Positions 60,692 through 64,000 of a stretch of 64,000 nucleotides of DNA are shown here, piece after piece (positions within the stretch are counted from its first letter, which is position 1; the number at the start of each line of letters is the position of its first letter). The translations under genes and the position numbers were made by a program. The notes under the pieces were generated by a model that saw nothing but the letters and a program-made list of their open reading frames with translations, did not search any database and had not been told where the DNA came from. This stretch comes from an uncultured Acidobacteriaceae bacterium (GTDB taxonomy: Bacteria; Acidobacteriota; Terriglobia; Terriglobales; Acidobacteriaceae). Location of the stretch: positions 23,445 through 87,444 of the forward strand of contig CAWDNI010000007.1 of NCBI GenBank assembly GCA_963803615.1, read 5' to 3'.

Positions 60692-61801
60692 ATGGTTTTA
60701 TCCCGCCTCACCCTCGTTTGTACTTTTCTGTTGTCAGCAAACTTGTTGCTCGCGCAGTCGACGCAGGATTCCAGCTGGACACTGGGCCCTTTCATGCGGC
60801 CAGTGACGGCGCCTATCATCACGCCCCATCCGGCAGCCCTATTTAGCGACCCTGTTACCAAGAAGCCTGTGCACTGGGAGTCGCTGAACACCTTCAACCC
60901 AGCCGCCATCGTGCGCCAAGGCAAGGTTTACGTGTTCTATCGCGCAGAAGACGACTCCGGGAGCATGGTCATCGGGATGCACACCTCTCGCCTGGGCCTG
61001 GCGTCAAGTGACGACGGTATCCACTTCACGACAGAGCCTACTCCGGTTTTCTATCCTGACGTTGATGCGCAGCAAGCGAAGGAATGGCCCGGCGGCGTCG
61101 AAGATCCTCGCCTGGTGGAGCGCCAAGACGGCACTTATGTTCTTGCCTACACGCAATGGAACCGCCACAACACTGATATCGGAATCGCCACATCGAATGA
61201 TCTAATTCACTGGAAAAAACAGGGCGCCGCTCTCCAGGGTGAGAAATACCAGCATCTAGACTACAAGTCGGCCAGCATCGTCACCCGGCTCACGCAAGGC
61301 CGTCTCATCGCGGCCAAGATTGATGGGAAATACTGGATGTACTGGGGCGAGGTACAGGTGCGGGTGGCAACTTCACCGGACCTGGTCCACTGGACACCCG
61401 TCGAAAAATCGTCCGGCAAACCCATCGTGTTGCTGCACAATCGTCCGGGGCACTTCGACAGCGCGTTCCCTGAAGTTGGGCCGCCTTCGCTGCTGACCGA
61501 TCGCGGCATCGTCCTCATCTACAACGGCAAGAATGCGGCGGCGGATGGTGCACCTGGAATCGCCGCCGGCGCCTACTCCGCCGGGCAAGCGCTCTTTGCA
61601 GCCAATGATCCAAGTAAGCTCGTCGCACGCACCGGTCAGCCGTTTCTAAAACCCGAGCAACCGTGGGAACAAAGCGGCCAGTATGTCGCGGGAACCATTT
61701 TTGCCGAAGGGTTGGTGTTCTTCCGTGACAAGTGGTTTCTGTATTACGGCGGCGCCGACTCGCGCGTCGGCGTTGCCGTTTTCGATCCGAAGAAGCCCTG
61801 A
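60692..61801 (+). CDS. glycoside hydrolase family 130 (DUF377-type), secreted
   Basis: Signal peptide. FNPAAIVRQGKVYVFYRAED, GVEDPRLV and YGGADSRVGVA are GH130 beta-propeller motifs. Confidence 0.8.
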   Translation: MVLSRLTLVCTFLLSANLLLAQSTQDSSWTLGPFMRPVTAPIITPHPAALFSDPVTKKPVHWESLNTFNPAAIVRQGKVYVFYRAEDDSGSMVIGMHTSRLGLASSDDGIHFTTEPTPVFYPDVDAQQAKEWPGGVEDPRLVERQDGTYVLAYTQWNRHNTDIGIATSNDLIHWKKQGAALQGEKYQHLDYKSASIVTRLTQGRLIAAKIDGKYWMYWGEVQVRVATSPDLVHWTPVEKSSGKPIVLLHNRPGHFDSAFPEVGPPSLLTDRGIVLIYNGKNAAADGAPGIAAGAYSAGQALFAANDPSKLVARTGQPFLKPEQPWEQSGQYVAGTIFAEGLVFFRDKWFLYYGGADSRVGVAVFDPKKP

Positions 61802-61872
61802 GCACCTCAGCGTATTCGCTCGGGCGCTCAGTTCTTCCCCTTCTTCCAGACCCGACTCCGCGACAACGAGCC

Positions 61873-62190
61873 CTAACTCCTAGCGCTCGAACGGGCGCTT
61901 GTAGGCCAAGGTGGCCTTGTTTTTGCTTGAGTGGGGCAGTCCACTGGCGGACATGGTGTCCCGGCTGCCCGTTCGCGGTTTCTTGCGGTCCACTCGGATT
62001 CAATCTTCACGCGGCCTTCAATCCCGATTGCGTAATGGCGAAAACTGCTCCACTCCCAGCCTTTAGGGCGTTCACACAGCCCGCGCTTCACCGGGTTGCG
62101 ATGAATATAGCCAAGCTTTTCCGCGAACTGCCGCTGATTCCGAACATTGAAATCGTAATAGCGCTTTTGCCAGAAGTGTTCCCGCCTCGC
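61873..62190 (-). mobile_element. REP-associated tyrosine transposase (RAYT / IS200-like Y1) gene remnant, C-terminal half only
   Basis: Translates as EHFWQKRYYDFNVRNQRQFAEKLGYIHRNPVKRGLCERPKGWEWSSFRHYA. There is no N-terminal HUH part and no start codon upstream. Confidence 0.7.
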
Positions 62191-62204
62191 CGATCAACAA
62201 CTTC

Positions 62205-62249
62205 CCCACTCAAGCCAAACAACAAACAAGGCTTGAATGGGCCACCCGC
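62205..62249 (+). repeat. REP-type hairpin
   Basis: CCCACTCAAGCC-13 nt-GGCTTGAATGGG followed by CCACCCGC. Confidence 0.75.
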
Positions 62250-62427
62250 GGAGAGCGAAGCTGCGTCTCACACGCTCCAGCGCGGTCTGGGAACGTCTCC
62301 TTGGTTGTGTTAGTCAGGAACAGTGACGACGATGTTAACAATAGAACGTAACGAAGTGGGTTTGCCCGGCTTGGTGAAATCGCTCCAGAAACCATGGCAC
62401 GAGGTCAAGCTTACGCCCAACTACTTC

Positions 62428-62467
62428 CCCACTCAGGCCAAAACAGGGCTTCAGTGGGCCACCCGCC
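62428..62467 (+). repeat. REP-type hairpin (imperfect)
   Basis: CCCACTCAGGCC-7 nt-GGCTTCAGTGGG followed by CCACCCGCC. Confidence 0.7.
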
Positions 62468-62554
62468 GGTCAGTCGTGGCTATTCCAAGCCGAGTAGTAT
62501 TACTAATGTAGCCCCAGCTAAATGCAGATTTGTCGCGCCACAGGAGTGATTTTC

Positions 62555-63713
62555 ATGGCTGAAAGTAATGAAGAGCAACAACCGTCCGGTACCATCCTAC
62601 TCGAACCCGAAGTAGGAACCCCAACCAAGAAGCAAACCAAGAAAAAAGCCGTCAAGAAGAAAAAGACGGCGATGAAGAAAGCCGTCGCTGGAGGTAGTGC
62701 TCGGGGTGGTGCTGGACGGGTGAAATATCCCAAACACTCGATCCTCGATTGCATCAGAATCCCGCAAGCGATTATCGACCAGAACGCTGGTGAAGCATGT
62801 ACCGACCGTGAAGGTGCAGGGTACGCCAAGATTGGTTGGACTGGTGATATTGCCGTCGAGATCAGCTCCGCCATCAAGTACGGATTGCTAGAGCGTCCTT
62901 CCCCTGGCCATATCAAACCCACAGATCTAGCGCGCAAGATCGTTCGTCCGCAAGATCCGAAGGACAAGCTCACCGCGTTGCGCCAGGCTGTGATGAACGC
63001 TCCTGTTATCTCCGACGTCTACACTAAATATCGCAGCGAGAATCTTCCTGACACCGAGTTCCTCGTCAACACGCTAGTGGATTCATTCAATGTTCCTCGG
63101 GAACAGGTCAATGAGTTTATTGGGGTGTTCACTAAGACGCTGAAGGAAGCAGAGCTTCTGGAAGAACTAAGCAATGGTAAGTTCCGTGTTCTGGATGTTT
63201 CGTCTCCGGCAGACACCAGCACCCAGGTCGGTGAGGAGCAAATCAAGAAACTGTCCAAGGGTTTGACGGTAGCCGCTGATGATACCTGTTTCATCATGAT
63301 GCCGTTCGCCAATCCGATCGGTGGATACTACGACAGCATCTATAAACCCGCGATTGAAAAAGCCAAGCTAAAAGCAGACCGCCGACGCGGAGATCTACGG
63401 CACTGGAAAAATCATCGACCAGATTTGGAAGGGGATCACTTCAGCTCGAGTTTTGTTGGCTGAGATTACAAACCGCAACGCCAACGTGCTCTATGAACTT
63501 GGTCTTGCTCATGCGCTGCATAAGCCTGTCGTGCTTGTGTGCTCCAAAGCGAATGAGGAGGATGTCCCGTTCGATCTTCGTCATGTGCGCGTCATCTACT
63601 ATGACAAGGACGATCCGTTCTGGGGAACCAAGCTGATTGAGAAAATAGCCGAAAAGATTCTCTCAGTCATGCAGGACCCGAAGGACGCGGTCTTGTTTCC
63701 CGAGAAGAAGTAG
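62555..63713 (+). pseudogene. hypothetical protein with Lys-rich N-terminus and C-terminal nucleoside 2-deoxyribosyltransferase-like / TIR-like domain, interrupted by a frameshift near 63375-63390
   Basis: ATG at 62555 follows aggag. KKQTKKKAVKKKKTAMKK tract. The C-terminal domain is split over two frames: CFIMMPFANPIGGYYDSIYKPAIEKAKLKA, then ADAEIYGTGKIIDQIWKGITSARVLLAEITNRNANVLYELGLAHALHKPVVLV...PFDLRHVRVIYY. Confidence 0.65.
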
Positions 63714-63792
63714 CCTCTGCGAGTCTACCTGTACTCACCCACGAGATTGAAACAGCGGGTTGGTGGTCTTCTGCAGTGAAGACCCTTTTCGG

Positions 63793-63831
63793 GCGGGTGG
63801 CCCACTCAAGCCTTGTTTTGGCTTGAGTGGG
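63793..63831 (-). repeat. REP-type hairpin, inverted relative to the two upstream copies
   Basis: GCGGGTGG followed by CCCACTCAAGCC-7 nt-GGCTTGAGTGGG (perfect 12-bp stem). Confidence 0.8.
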
Positions 63832-63957
63832 CAGTTCCATCGGCGGACATGGTCTCCTCCAGCTGCCCGTTCGCGCTTTCTTGCGGTCCACTTGGATTCA
63901 ATCTCCACGCTGCCTTGAATCCTGATTGCGTACGGACGAAAACTGCTCCACTCCCAG
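63832..63957 (-). mobile_element. second RAYT 3'-end remnant (last ~40 codons)
   Basis: Translates as WEWSSFRPYAIRIQGSVEIESKWTARKRERAAG. Together with the adjacent REP it forms a ~148-nt direct repeat of 61913-62059. Confidence 0.6.
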
Positions 63958-64000
63958 ACGGCTTAGAACCTTAGAACGTTTGAGTCGTTGTAGTTGATGC

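Overview
High-G+C chromosomal window with about 55 protein-coding genes. I saw no rRNA, tRNA or CRISPR array by eye. All family calls come from motif recognition on the supplied translations; no database search was run. The gene content suggests an Acidobacteriota (Terriglobia-like) genome (inference): a CarboxypepD_reg-type TonB receptor, paired acidobacterial-type VWA proteins, REP hairpins that translate as PTQAKTGLEWATR, and secreted FG-GAP, GH130 and GMC enzymes. Most of the window is housekeeping. Left to right it contains: a GT2 / GT87-like membrane protein pair; an orphan Ku; galM; an SGNH hydrolase; a hemE-hemH-hemY operon; etfB-etfA plus a membrane Fe-S oxidoreductase divergent from an acyl-CoA dehydrogenase; fabI; a DUF1015-amidase-GerMN-murI operon; two VWA proteins; a cysteine-synthase-like / cystathionine-gamma-lyase-like pair; SDRs; a second acyl-CoA dehydrogenase; a small-TM-peptide/DUF899/YciI/sigma-factor cluster; meaB-mce-tsaB-rimI; psd-pssA; an Asd-like protein; dgt; a TPR protein; purH; a rhomboid protease; an XRE regulator; yihY; ADH/RidA/SDR; and a GMC oxidoreductase with its small subunit. 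Signals worth a second look: (1) four copies of a ~117-bp TA-bounded palindromic intergenic element with compensatory stem substitutions, plus a fifth element of the same size class right after purH; (2) a lower-G+C islet bounded by REP hairpins and RAYT remnants, carrying a frameshifted gene with a Lys-rich N-terminus and a nucleoside-2-deoxyribosyltransferase/TIR-like C-terminal domain; (3) a 76-bp direct repeat bracketing a DHFR-like gene; (4) a decayed galactoside-utilisation locus (multiply frameshifted TonB receptor fused to a GH2 C-terminal fragment, truncated GH27); (5) a frameshifted tsaB; (6) an Asd-family paralog without the catalytic cysteine; (7) two ORF-poor, lower-G+C stretches. 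I cannot show that any of these is a functional new system; the palindromic element family and the REP-bounded NDT/TIR-like gene are the best candidates.
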